Assembly (NCBI GenBank): GCA_018971685.1
Contig: JAGXAG010000004.1
Location: forward strand, 2,416 to 66,415
DNA from: Patescibacteria group bacterium
Lineage (GTDB): Bacteria > Patescibacteriota > Minisyncoccia > Phycocordibacterales > PALSA-1337
DNA length: 64,000 bases
Reading direction: 5' to 3'
A program made the translations under genes and the position numbers. A model generated the notes under the pieces. The model made no database searches and was not told the origin of the DNA. It was given only the letters and a program-made list of their open reading frames with translations. Below, piece after piece: positions 40,301-48,002 of this stretch. Each line of letters begins with the position of its first letter. Position 1 is the stretch's first letter.

Positions 40301-40932
40301 TTAAACTTCACCGTCACCGCCAAATCCTTAACATCTTCATACCCTTGCGCCAATTCATGGGAAGATAATGCGGTGCCGCATCTGGGACACCACGGCACTA
40401 CCTTGTAGTCCTTGTAAAGCAATCCGTCGTCGTCAACCTTTTTGACAATATTCCAAAGGGATTCAATATATTCCGGCTTGTAGGTAATATATGGTTTTTT
40501 CAGATCAATCCAATAACCGATCCGATCGGTGAACTCTTCCCATTCGTGCACGAATTTCCACACGCTTTCTTTGCATTTGTCGTTGAATTTGGCGATGCCG
40601 TAGCTTTCGACTTCTTTCTTAGACTTCAGGCCGAGCTCTTTTTCAACCTGTATTTCAACAGGCAAACCATGCGTATCCCAGCCGCCCTTGCGCCGCACAT
40701 GGTAGCCGCGCATGGTTTTGTAGCGCGGTATAGCGTCCTTGAAGGCGCGCGCCTCGAGATGGTGTATGCCCGGGTGGCCATTCGCGGTCGGAGGACCTTC
40801 ATAGAAAATAAATTCTCCTTTTGGCGCCTTGCCCGCCGGCCATTTATTCAGGGACTTTTCGAAAATACCCTTCTCTTTCCAAAAAACCAGTACCTTCTCC
40901 TCGCGCTTTGCGTAAACGGATTTTTTATCCAT
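37396..40932 (-). CDS. ileS: isoleucine--tRNA ligase carrying an internal histidine-phosphatase (PGAM-like) domain insertion
   Basis: HIGH-type motif PPTANGHPGIHH; DWAISRERYWGTPLPVW; KMSKHIGN. Between the two zinc-knuckle halves (CDKCGKRR … KCECGG) sits a ~197-aa segment RNTYFVMRHGEAENN…ITHGTPA with the RHG/H motifs of the histidine phosphatase superfamily. Confidence 0.9.
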   Translation of the reverse strand: MDKKSVYAKREEKVLVFWKEKGIFEKSLNKWPAGKAPKGEFIFYEGPPTANGHPGIHHLEARAFKDAIPRYKTMRGYHVRRKGGWDTHGLPVEIQVEKELGLKSKKEVESYGIAKFNDKCKESVWKFVHEWEEFTDRIGYWIDLKKPYITYKPEYIESLWNIVKKVDDDGLLYKDYKVVPWCPRCGTALSSHELAQGYEDVKDLAVTVKFKVKVGQKIGDFMSDDNTFILAWTTTPWTLPGNVALAVGAKIDYVRVRLIEDVSDKILPEVYFIAKDRLTFMPIPQGHHAFVEVNSQLKGYNIVNLQYEPLYPFLSDNISGEEKKKLGNAFKVCGADFVTTDDGTGIVHTAVMYGQDDFVLGGKVGLPKYHLVNEDGTFKKEAGFLAGAFVKDEKTDVAIIKDLASRKLLFAKEKYEHNYPFCWRCHTPLIYYARDSWYIAMSKLRDVLVKENEGIHWEPEHIKEGRFGEWLREVKDWAISRERYWGTPLPVWSCDKCGKRRVVGSVEEIKQKPRNTYFVMRHGEAENNVAGILDDDPKERYHLTEAGRQQVEKAADIFKEALPDIIFTSPLTRTQETAEILRGKLGLDKSRVITDERLHELGFGDWDRKNGAGFADSYPFQQRFEIMPLRGELYGSIKNRVGDFLYEIESKYQGKKILIITHGTPAVMLLAVAKGLDRAGSIEYEMNEYLDKAEVRKIDFSILPHNAEYELDLHRPFIDEVKLKCECGGEMSRVKEVMDVWFDSGAMPFAQDHYPFENKEYIDGAPGENQSKSYPADFISEAIDQTRGWFYTLHAVGTLMGKGKAYRNVVCLGHLLDAKGKKMSKHIGNVVNPWEMMEKYGVDALRFWMYSINQAGDSKNFDEKTVDETVKKVFNLAGNVLAFYKLYTGGITNNQETITKTASKNVLDAWIVSRMNWLIENVTKNLDDYLFFEPTRAIRDFVGDLSQWYLRRSRDRFKEDGKSREEALNTTKYILITLAKIMAPFTPFFADYLYQEAGGQLESVHLEEWPHYAEASRGKPDTGEHKLLDDMEEVRRIASKGLEARMAAKINVRQPLAKLKVKNSNGKSNKKSEALNEELLRLIRDEVNVKEVVFDDSIAGEVELDTNITPELKEEGDLRELIRKIQDLRKEKGLTVGDIAVLEVTKDLEGLVKKYGNELKKATGLRAIEVGESFGLKE

Positions 40933-41265
40933 GCCTTACAGCTTACGGCAATTCCGGCTGTTTTTCAATTCGCCTGTATACACCTGCAAATGCGGTCCGG
41001 AATCATATCAACCCACCAATGATTCCGCTACCTTAGATAAGCCGTGGAAGTATTTTCTCCTTCATGCGGACATTCTAGCAGAGAGTTCGCAGAAAATATG
41101 CTTGACAAATAATGTAAAATTTGATAAATAATAATCGGGGTTGGTCCAATAGATAAGGTTCGGAGGTTATCCGCACGCGCAAAGCTCCGGTCCAGTGTGC
41201 GCCGTGCGTACCTTGTCATCCGATCACCGGCTGATCCTATCAGCCGATCGGTTCCTCACAAAATC

Positions 41266-41313
41266 TCCTTCTCTCCCCTCCGCAGTTTGCCATAGATTGC
41301 GGAGCGGGAGAGA
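41266..41313 (-). terminator. glyA terminator hairpin (ctctccc-c-tccgcag … ctgcgga-g-cgggagag)
   Basis: Immediately 3' of the glyA stop. Confidence 0.5.
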
Positions 41314-41318
41314 AATCA

Positions 41319-42608
41319 TCATTGACTCCCCAAGATTCCGTCGATTTTCTTTGCAATCATTTTGAAATCTTTCTCTTTCCTCCCCCTCGTCGTTTCCGCC
41401 GCCGTACCCAATCGAATACCGGAGGGGTCTGCCGGCGAGCGTATGTCGAACGGTATGGTGTTCTTGTTGACGATTATGCCCGCTTTTTCCAAACGATCAC
41501 TCGCCTCTTTGCCGGAAATGCCTCCGGCGCCTTGGCTGTTTTTCTTGCCGTTATTCCAAGTGTCAACCAGGATCAAATGCGAATCAGTACCGCCGGAAAT
41601 CAGTCGCCAGCCGCGGCGGTGTAATTCGTCGGCCAAAACCCGCGCATTCTTGACGATTTGAAAAGCGTATTTTTTGAAAGCAGGAGCGGCGGCTTCCTTC
41701 AGAGCAACGGCAACCGCGGCGATTTGATTGGCATGCGGGCCGCCCTGAAGCCCCGGAAAAACCGCTTTGTCTATCTTCTTATCCAATTCCATCGGATTGC
41801 CGGCTTTGTCTCTCTTGTCTTTCCGTGCGAATACAATCGCCGCCCGAGGTCCGCGCAATGTCTTGTGCGTGGTAGTCGTGACGATATCGGCATAAGGAAA
41901 AGGCGACGGATACGCGCCGCCGGCTACAAGCCCGGCGATGTGAGACATGTCCACCATGAGTAGCGCGCCGGCGGCGTTGGCGACTTCTTTCATTCCGATC
42001 CAATCGATGATTCTCGGATACGCAGTGTAGCCGGAAACAACCACGGCCGGCTTTTCATTCATGGCCAGTTCCATCAATTGGTCGTAATTGATCGTTTCGG
42101 TCGTCGCATCCAAGCCGTAAGGCACCTGCGTCCAGAATTTGCCGCTGGCGGAGACCTTGTGTCCGTGCGTCAAGTGTCCGCCATGGTCGAGCTTCATGCC
42201 CATGATTTTGAAAGTCCCTGAACCTGACGCCGACTGCGTCCGGCTGCCGGAAAGCGCGGTATAGACGGCCAGATTTGCCGGCGATCCCGACAGTGGCTGC
42301 ACATTGGCATGCCATTCATTCGGGTCGAGCTTGAATAATTCCAGGGCGCGCTTGATGCAGAGCGTCTCTGTTTTGTCGATGATTTCATTGCCGCCGTAAT
42401 AGCGCCGGCCGGGATATCCCTCGGCGTATTTGTTGGTCAATTCGGAGCCCAATGCTTCCAACACATCCTTGGAAACATAATTCTCCGAAGCGATCAAATT
42501 TATCACCTTCTTTTGTCGCTTCTTCTCCGCCTCTATCAGCTTTTTGACCTGAATGTCTTTCATGCCGGAGATTATATGGCTATTTTCGACAAAAAGAAAG
42601 CGCGCCAC
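41319..42608 (-). CDS. glyA: serine hydroxymethyltransferase
   Basis: …LIASENYVSKDVLEALGSELTNKYAEGYPGRRYYGG…HLTHGH…TTTTHKTLRGPR…, a canonical SHMT. Likely start MKDIQV. Confidence 0.9.
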   Translation of the reverse strand: MARFLFVENSHIISGMKDIQVKKLIEAEKKRQKKVINLIASENYVSKDVLEALGSELTNKYAEGYPGRRYYGGNEIIDKTETLCIKRALELFKLDPNEWHANVQPLSGSPANLAVYTALSGSRTQSASGSGTFKIMGMKLDHGGHLTHGHKVSASGKFWTQVPYGLDATTETINYDQLMELAMNEKPAVVVSGYTAYPRIIDWIGMKEVANAAGALLMVDMSHIAGLVAGGAYPSPFPYADIVTTTTHKTLRGPRAAIVFARKDKRDKAGNPMELDKKIDKAVFPGLQGGPHANQIAAVAVALKEAAAPAFKKYAFQIVKNARVLADELHRRGWRLISGGTDSHLILVDTWNNGKKNSQGAGGISGKEASDRLEKAGIIVNKNTIPFDIRSPADPSGIRLGTAAETTRGRKEKDFKMIAKKIDGILGSQ

Positions 42609-43058
42609 CCTGACTTAACTGCAGTCGGGTAGCGCGCGATGTTCTCCCAGCCAGTAAGGAGAACCGAAAATTTGGACCTGCCGCACGCATAAAGAATCGT
42701 GCGGCAGGCAACCAACCCAACTTCTCGGAGGAAGTCCGCCAGCGAATGCGGACACAAAAATGCCGGAGAAGTTGTCGAAATTGTGGTCGGCACAGGAACT
42801 TTGTGGCCGTGTTTGGTTTATGGGCCTCGTTGCTGTGTCCGACCATGAGTCCGTAGAAAGGTCTCATCAAAGAGCCACTCTCTACATCGTCAGGATCCAA
42901 GACTGGATCCGGGTTGCCCTTGTTACAGGGCTTTTTTCTGGAAAGGAGCATGTCACCGCGCGCTCCGGATAATAAGCTACACCCATGCAAATAAACTGTC
43001 AAGGACTTATCCACAGTCAGTACACATGTCCGGCATGTGTAATTTGGGGCAGTAAAAA

Positions 43059-43697
43059 TCAGCTGAAACCGCCGATCTCGCGCCGAATGACCGCCAAAAA
43101 ATCTTTTTTGACATCTTCAAGCGGACGATTGGCGTCAATGATAACCGATCTTGACTGGATATAATTCGGAAATTCAAGCAGGGCCCTTCTAACCATTTGG
43201 TGAAATTCGATCGGGCGCGTGTCTATGTGATTGACACGATTCGTCGCTTTGCGGCGGCTAAGGCCTACTTCAGGATCGACATCAAGAACGACATAAAGGA
43301 GCGGCACTAAAACTAACCCCTTTCTGTATTCCCAGAATTTCGCTTCGAGAATACCGCGCGTTGCAATATTCGACCCGGCGTTTACTTGATAAGCCCACGA
43401 TGACGCGTCAGAACGGTCAGTCACCACACATATGCCGGCGTCAACCTTTGGCTTTACGACTTCTTTGACATGATCATAACGATCAACAAACATGAGGTGC
43501 AGTTCCGCCTCGGCGCCGGCCATGGGCGAGAACGGATGATTGAGCAGAACTCTGCGGATGACTTTGCCGTCCGGCGAACCGCCCGGTTCGCGTGTCGTAA
43601 AGACCAGCTCGCCGAAGATGTCAGGTAGCGTTTTGATCAGGGTTGATTTACCTGATCCTTCGCCGCCATCTACTGCTATGTATTTTGGTGTTTTCAT
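43059..43697 (-). CDS. tmk: thymidylate kinase
   Basis: P-loop IAVDGGEGSGKST, FTTREPGG, DRY-like VVTDRSDASSWAYQ and lid LDVDPEVGLSRR align block by block with E. coli Tmk. Confidence 0.8.
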   Translation of the reverse strand: MKTPKYIAVDGGEGSGKSTLIKTLPDIFGELVFTTREPGGSPDGKVIRRVLLNHPFSPMAGAEAELHLMFVDRYDHVKEVVKPKVDAGICVVTDRSDASSWAYQVNAGSNIATRGILEAKFWEYRKGLVLVPLLYVVLDVDPEVGLSRRKATNRVNHIDTRPIEFHQMVRRALLEFPNYIQSRSVIIDANRPLEDVKKDFLAVIRREIGGFS

Positions 43698-43753
43698 AAA
43701 TTCTTTAGTCCTTGATTATACTAACAAAAAGAGTATAAATAACAACCGGAACA

Positions 43754-44704
43754 ATGTATAATCGAACTATGAAAACACTACATCCAGACATTACTTACTG
43801 CAACCTTCTCCGGAATATTATCGAGAATGGTACTCACAAATCAGACCGCACCGGCACCGGAACCATTACAGTCTTTGGTACACAAATGCGATTTAATCTC
43901 GAAGAAAACTTCCCCCTCCTTACGACCAAACGGCTTGGTCCGCGTACTATTATCCGCGAACTGCTTTGGTTCATCGCCGGCGACACTAAATTGCGCACTT
44001 TGCTGGCCAATAAAGTGCACATTTGGGATGAGTGGCCGTTCAAACATTACTTGATCGCCAACAAATTGCCCATCCCAAAAGTTAACAGCCCGGAATGGAC
44101 TGTCCAGATGAAACAGTTTACGGATAAAATCTTGGGTGACGACAATTTCAACGAACAATACGGCGACTTGGGACCGGTATATGGCAAGCAATGGCGAACA
44201 TGGGGAACGCCGGATGGCCGTGTCATCGACCAACTAAAAGACGCGGTGGAAATGATCCGTAACAATCCGGATTCTCGCCGTATCATAGTGACGGCATGGA
44301 ATCCGTCCGACATCGACGAAATGGCTAAAGCCGGATTGCCGCCGTGTCATTGCCTGTTTCAATTCTTTGTCGCCGACGGCAAATTGTCTTGCCAACTGTA
44401 CCAGAGAAGCTGCGACACTTTTCTGGGAGTACCCTTCAACATCGCGTCATATTCATTGCTCACTTTGATGGTGGCGCATGTGACCGGACTTAAGCCCGGC
44501 GAATTCATTTGGACCGGCGGCGATACGCACATTTACCTGAATCATATGGATCAGGTCTATGAACAAATGTCTCGCACACCGAAACCGGCTCCAACGGTGA
44601 AAATCAAACGGCAGGTGCCAGAGTTGTGGGATTTCACCGTCGATGATTTCGAACTTGTTGGATATGATCCGCATCCGCCAATCTCTGCACCGATTGCGGT
44701 GTAG
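43754..44704 (+). CDS. thyA: thymidylate synthase ThyA
   Basis: …[62 protein letters not shown]… Likely start MKTLHPD (43769), directly after an extended -10 TGTATAAT, so the transcript would be leaderless. Confidence 0.9.
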   Translation: MYNRTMKTLHPDITYCNLLRNIIENGTHKSDRTGTGTITVFGTQMRFNLEENFPLLTTKRLGPRTIIRELLWFIAGDTKLRTLLANKVHIWDEWPFKHYLIANKLPIPKVNSPEWTVQMKQFTDKILGDDNFNEQYGDLGPVYGKQWRTWGTPDGRVIDQLKDAVEMIRNNPDSRRIIVTAWNPSDIDEMAKAGLPPCHCLFQFFVADGKLSCQLYQRSCDTFLGVPFNIASYSLLTLMVAHVTGLKPGEFIWTGGDTHIYLNHMDQVYEQMSRTPKPAPTVKIKRQVPELWDFTVDDFELVGYDPHPPISAPIAV

Positions 44705-44786
44705 TCACTAAGGTCTTTACGCAACGCGCCAACCATCCGGTTGGCGCGATTTTATTACGCCTAGGTCCGACCTTGGTAAAACTCCG

Positions 44787-45209
44787 CTATTTACCCGTAG
44801 AACCGAAACCGTTACCGCCCCTGTCGGATCCGGACAATTCTTCGACTTCTTCGAAGTCGGCCGTTTCGATCTTTTGTATCAGAAGCTGGGCTATTTTATG
44901 CCCTTTTTCAAATTTAAATACTGTGTCAGACAAATTCATAAGGCCAACTAGAATTTCACCCCTGTAACCTGAATCTATTACACCACCAAACACTTTGAGT
45001 CCAAACTTTTGAGAAAGCCCGCTTTTATCCCATATAAGGCCAACATAACCATAAGGTATCTCAATTGCGATACCCGTGGATACACTTTTGCGCTCATGTG
45101 GTTTTATTTCAAGATCTTGCGTACAATAAAGATCAAAACCGGCATCGCTTGTATGGGCATAAGACGGGTTTTTAGAATCAGCACTTAATTTTTTAAATTT
45201 TAATTTCAT
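44787..45209 (-). CDS. dut: dUTP diphosphatase
   Basis: …AHTSDAGFDLYCTQDLEIKP…GLIWDKSGLSQKFGLKVFGGVIDSGYRGEI…. Confidence 0.85.
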   Translation of the reverse strand: MKLKFKKLSADSKNPSYAHTSDAGFDLYCTQDLEIKPHERKSVSTGIAIEIPYGYVGLIWDKSGLSQKFGLKVFGGVIDSGYRGEILVGLMNLSDTVFKFEKGHKIAQLLIQKIETADFEEVEELSGSDRGGNGFGSTGK

Positions 45210-45784
45210 TTATTTACCAATTTTGTTATGGTAATTTCTTCTTCTTTTGGATCTACAAAATGTTGCCAGTCTCTACCGTGGTACCGACCGGTATTTTTAT
45301 AATCTTTAATCGGCTTACTGGATAGCTCGGAAAATAATATCTGTCCTATGCGCATTTTCGGACGCAAAATTATAGGTATCTGATTCATATTGCACAATTC
45401 AAATGTAATATTTAAAAAATGCCCCGGATTAATTATACCTGCGGTATTATGAATAACCAACCCTATTCTAGCCAAACTGCTTTTGCCTGAAAGTTGAATC
45501 AAGTATTTATCTGACCCGAAATAATCAATAGAAGTGCCAAGTATATTCACCCCCGGATGTAAAATAAATACACCTTCTTCTTCGGAAATTATAATCTCTT
45601 TTGGCTCCGGATATATCTTTTTGACAGGATCGATCGCGGGGGTTGACTGGGTATTGTGGACAATAAATTTATTGCCCAGAAGTATATCATAACTCGCCGG
45701 TTGTAAGCGGGTCTCGTCAAAACCTTCGATTAAAATCGAACCATCTTCGATAGCTTTTCTTATGTCTCTGTCCGATAAATACAT
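45206..45784 (-). CDS. dcd: dCTP deaminase
   Basis: MYLSDRDIRKAIEDGSILIEGFDETRLQPASYDILLG…, a trimeric dUTPase-fold deaminase. Overlaps dut by 4 nt. Confidence 0.85.
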   Translation of the reverse strand: MYLSDRDIRKAIEDGSILIEGFDETRLQPASYDILLGNKFIVHNTQSTPAIDPVKKIYPEPKEIIISEEEGVFILHPGVNILGTSIDYFGSDKYLIQLSGKSSLARIGLVIHNTAGIINPGHFLNITFELCNMNQIPIILRPKMRIGQILFSELSSKPIKDYKNTGRYHGRDWQHFVDPKEEEITITKLVNK

Positions 45785-45844
45785 GGATATAACTTATGGT
45801 TACTTTTATAGTATAATACAGATTAAAGACAATTGTAACAATAA

Positions 45845-46375
45845 ATGCTCAAAACCTTCATCGTCGCCGCTCTGTCCGCCGACGGATATATTGCCAGAGA
45901 CGAACGCCATCCGGCGTTTTGGACGAGCAAAGAGGACAAGAAGCGGTTCGTGAAATTGACCAGACGGGCGGGCGTGGTCGTTATGGGCGCCAATACATTC
46001 ACGACCATTGCAAGGCCGTTAAAAGAGCGCGTCAATATAGTCTATTCCCGCTCCAGAAGCTTCGAGGGCGCCGAGATGACCCAAGACTCCCCTTTAGACC
46101 TCCTCGCCAAGCTGGAAGCGCGCGGTTTCAAAGAGGCCGCTATCTGCGGCGGCTCCCATATTTACACCATGTTCATGAAAGCCGATGTCGTCGACCGCCT
46201 GTACCTGACCGTCGAGCCCATCATATTCGGCGCCGGCATCCGCCTATTCAACGAACCGCTTGATAATTATCACCTCGAATTATTGTCCTTGAATAAAGCC
46301 GGAAACGGCGCCATTCTCCTCGAATACAAAGTCGACTATTCCGGTTCGCCGAAAAGTGAACTCGAGGTCAAATAA
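45845..46375 (+). CDS. dihydrofolate reductase-like protein (RibD-C/DHFR family)
   Basis: FIVAALSADGYIARDERHPAFWTSKEDKKRFVKLTRRAGVVVMGANTFTTIARPLKERVNIVYSRS follows the DHFR nucleotide-binding pattern. Co-located with thyA. Confidence 0.65.
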   Translation: MLKTFIVAALSADGYIARDERHPAFWTSKEDKKRFVKLTRRAGVVVMGANTFTTIARPLKERVNIVYSRSRSFEGAEMTQDSPLDLLAKLEARGFKEAAICGGSHIYTMFMKADVVDRLYLTVEPIIFGAGIRLFNEPLDNYHLELLSLNKAGNGAILLEYKVDYSGSPKSELEVK

Positions 46376-46537
46376 AAGTGAGGTGTCGCATTTTCAAAGG
46401 AGGAAACTGTCCGAGCGCGGTTGAAATTTCCGGACAAAACACGAACCGTCATGTCCTCGTGAGTGTTTTGTCCTGAAATTTCCCGCGCGAGTTTTTCCGA
46501 CTTTGAAAATACGACACCTCACTTTTATTTGACCTCA
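46365..46537. repeat. 173-nt nested quasi-palindrome (outer 36-nt arms with 1 mismatch, inner 20-nt arms) spanning the convergent stops of the DHFR-like gene and rplK
   Basis: Outer arms gaggtcaaataaaagtgaggtgtcgcattttcaaag (46365-46400) and its reverse complement (46502-46537). Inner arms gaaatttccggacaaaacac / gtgttttgtcctgaaatttcc. Both flanking proteins end …EVK*, encoded by the arm sequence gaggtcaaataa. Confidence 0.7.
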
Positions 46538-46947
46538 ACCCCCATCTGCCGCGCAGTCCCAGCAATAATCTTCATCGCCGCCTCGACATCGCCGGCATTC
46601 AAGTCCGGCATTTTCTTTTCCGCTATTTCCTTCAATTGCGCTTTCGTGATCGTGCCGATCTTTTCCGTATTCGGCTTGCCCGAGCCCTTTTCCTTATTTA
46701 AGGCTTTCAAAATCAGGCTCGAAGCCGGCGGCGTCTTCAGGACGAAATCATAAGTCCTGTCTTCGTAAACCGAGATGACCACCGGGATCATGTCTCCCAT
46801 CATATTCTTGGTGGCGTCGTTGAACTTCTTCGTGAAATCGCCGATATTCACGCCCGCTTGGCCCAATGTCGGACCCAACGGCGGCGCCGGGGTAGCTTTG
46901 CCGGCGGGAGCGATCACCTTTACCTTTTTGATTACCTTTTTGGCCAT
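46525..46947 (-). CDS. rplK: 50S ribosomal protein L11
   Basis: [48 protein letters not shown]…. Confidence 0.9.
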   Translation of the reverse strand: MAKKVIKKVKVIAPAGKATPAPPLGPTLGQAGVNIGDFTKKFNDATKNMMGDMIPVVISVYEDRTYDFVLKTPPASSLILKALNKEKGSGKPNTEKIGTITKAQLKEIAEKKMPDLNAGDVEAAMKIIAGTARQMGVEVK

Positions 46948-46986
46948 ATTGTTTGGTATGCTAGCATAAGTTGATTAATAAACAAG

Positions 46987-47043
46987 TTTACAGTTTACAA
47001 TGATAAATCATCAATTCGCTAATAACTTATCATTGTAAACTGA
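46987..47043. repeat. REP-like palindromic element, copy ii (gtttacagtttacaatgataa … ttatcattgtaaactg)
   Basis: Lies between the nusG stop and the rplK start. Shares tcgctaataacttatcattgtaaactg…cctcac with copy i. Confidence 0.55.
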
Positions 47044-47052
47044 AAATTATCC

Positions 47053-47598
47053 TCACACTTTTTTCACTTGCAAGAAATCCAATTCCACCGGCGTTTCCCT
47101 GCCAAACATCGACACTAGTACTTTAATCTTGCCCCTCTGCGTATCAACTTCCGAGACCTTGCCTTCGAAATCTTTGAACGGTCCGTCGATAACCTTGATG
47201 AGATCGCCGACAGACACATCTATCGAGTGTTCCGCGCCGGCTTTTGACATTCGCGCAAAGAGCGTCTCGACTTCGTTTTTGTCCAATGGCACCGGGAACA
47301 CGCCCGACCCCACGAAACCGGTCACTCGCGGAGTATTCCTGACCACATACCACGAATCATCGGTCACGATCATTTCCACCAAGACATATCCGGGGTATAT
47401 TTTCTCCTCTTCCTCGACTCGTTTGCCGGCCTTGATCTTTATCTTTTTCTCATTCGGCACGATGACCGCGAATATTTTGTCCTCCATGCCGAGAGACTCT
47501 ATGCGTTGTTTCAGATTGCGCGCCACGGCATTTTCATATCCCGCATATGTGTGGATCGCATACCACGCGCGCTCTCCGGTTGATTGTTGTTTTGACAT
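47053..47598 (-). CDS. nusG: transcription termination/antitermination factor NusG
   Basis: WYAIHTYAGYENAVARNLKQRIESLGMEDKI… (NGN) and C-terminal KOW GDLIKVIDGPFKDFEGKVSEVD. Confidence 0.9.
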   Translation of the reverse strand: MSKQQSTGERAWYAIHTYAGYENAVARNLKQRIESLGMEDKIFAVIVPNEKKIKIKAGKRVEEEEKIYPGYVLVEMIVTDDSWYVVRNTPRVTGFVGSGVFPVPLDKNEVETLFARMSKAGAEHSIDVSVGDLIKVIDGPFKDFEGKVSEVDTQRGKIKVLVSMFGRETPVELDFLQVKKV

Positions 47599-47686
47599 CG
47601 TAAGTAAAGAGTAAATTATAAATTATAAACAAATCATAATATTTAAAATTTACAAATTACGAATTGTTTATAATTTAAAATAACAG

Positions 47687-47863
47687 CGTCAGCAGTTTCG
47701 AAAAAACAAAATCCGAGACGCCCAATAATATCGCCGTCGCGATGGAAACCAGTATTACAAGCACGGTAAAACGGATCGTCAACTGCCTGGACGGCCAATT
47801 AACATGCTTCATTTCCGCTTGCGTCTCTTTCACATATTCCGTGATTTTCATTTTCTTTATCTT
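47687..47863 (-). CDS. secE: preprotein translocase subunit SecE (58 aa, below ORF-track cutoff)
   Basis: Translation of the reverse complement: MKITEYVKETQAEMKHVNWPSRQLTIRFTVLVILVSIATAILLGVSDFVFSKLLTLLF. Canonical position upstream of nusG. Confidence 0.65.
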
Positions 47864-47904
47864 TGGCTTTGCCTTGAATTTAACGCCGACTGAATTTACC
47901 CATT

Positions 47905-47930
47905 TTTATTAAAAAACCCCTGCCGGGGAC
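47905..47930 (-). terminator. terminator (cccctgccgggg + U-run on the minus strand) after gene 48003..48866
   Basis: Read from the sequence. Confidence 0.45.
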
Positions 47931-48002
47931 TTGCAGTTATAAAGGTATCATATTCAGTTTGCCAAAGTCAATGGCCTGGTCTGATCGCGGTATAAATACC
48001 GA

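Noticed and set aside
42580-43014. 144-aa minus-strand ORF and 70-aa plus-strand ORF in the glyA-tmk gap
   Set aside because: Arg/Ser/Leu-rich low-complexity sequences without start-site context or motifs. The region was treated as non-coding (possible ncRNA) instead.
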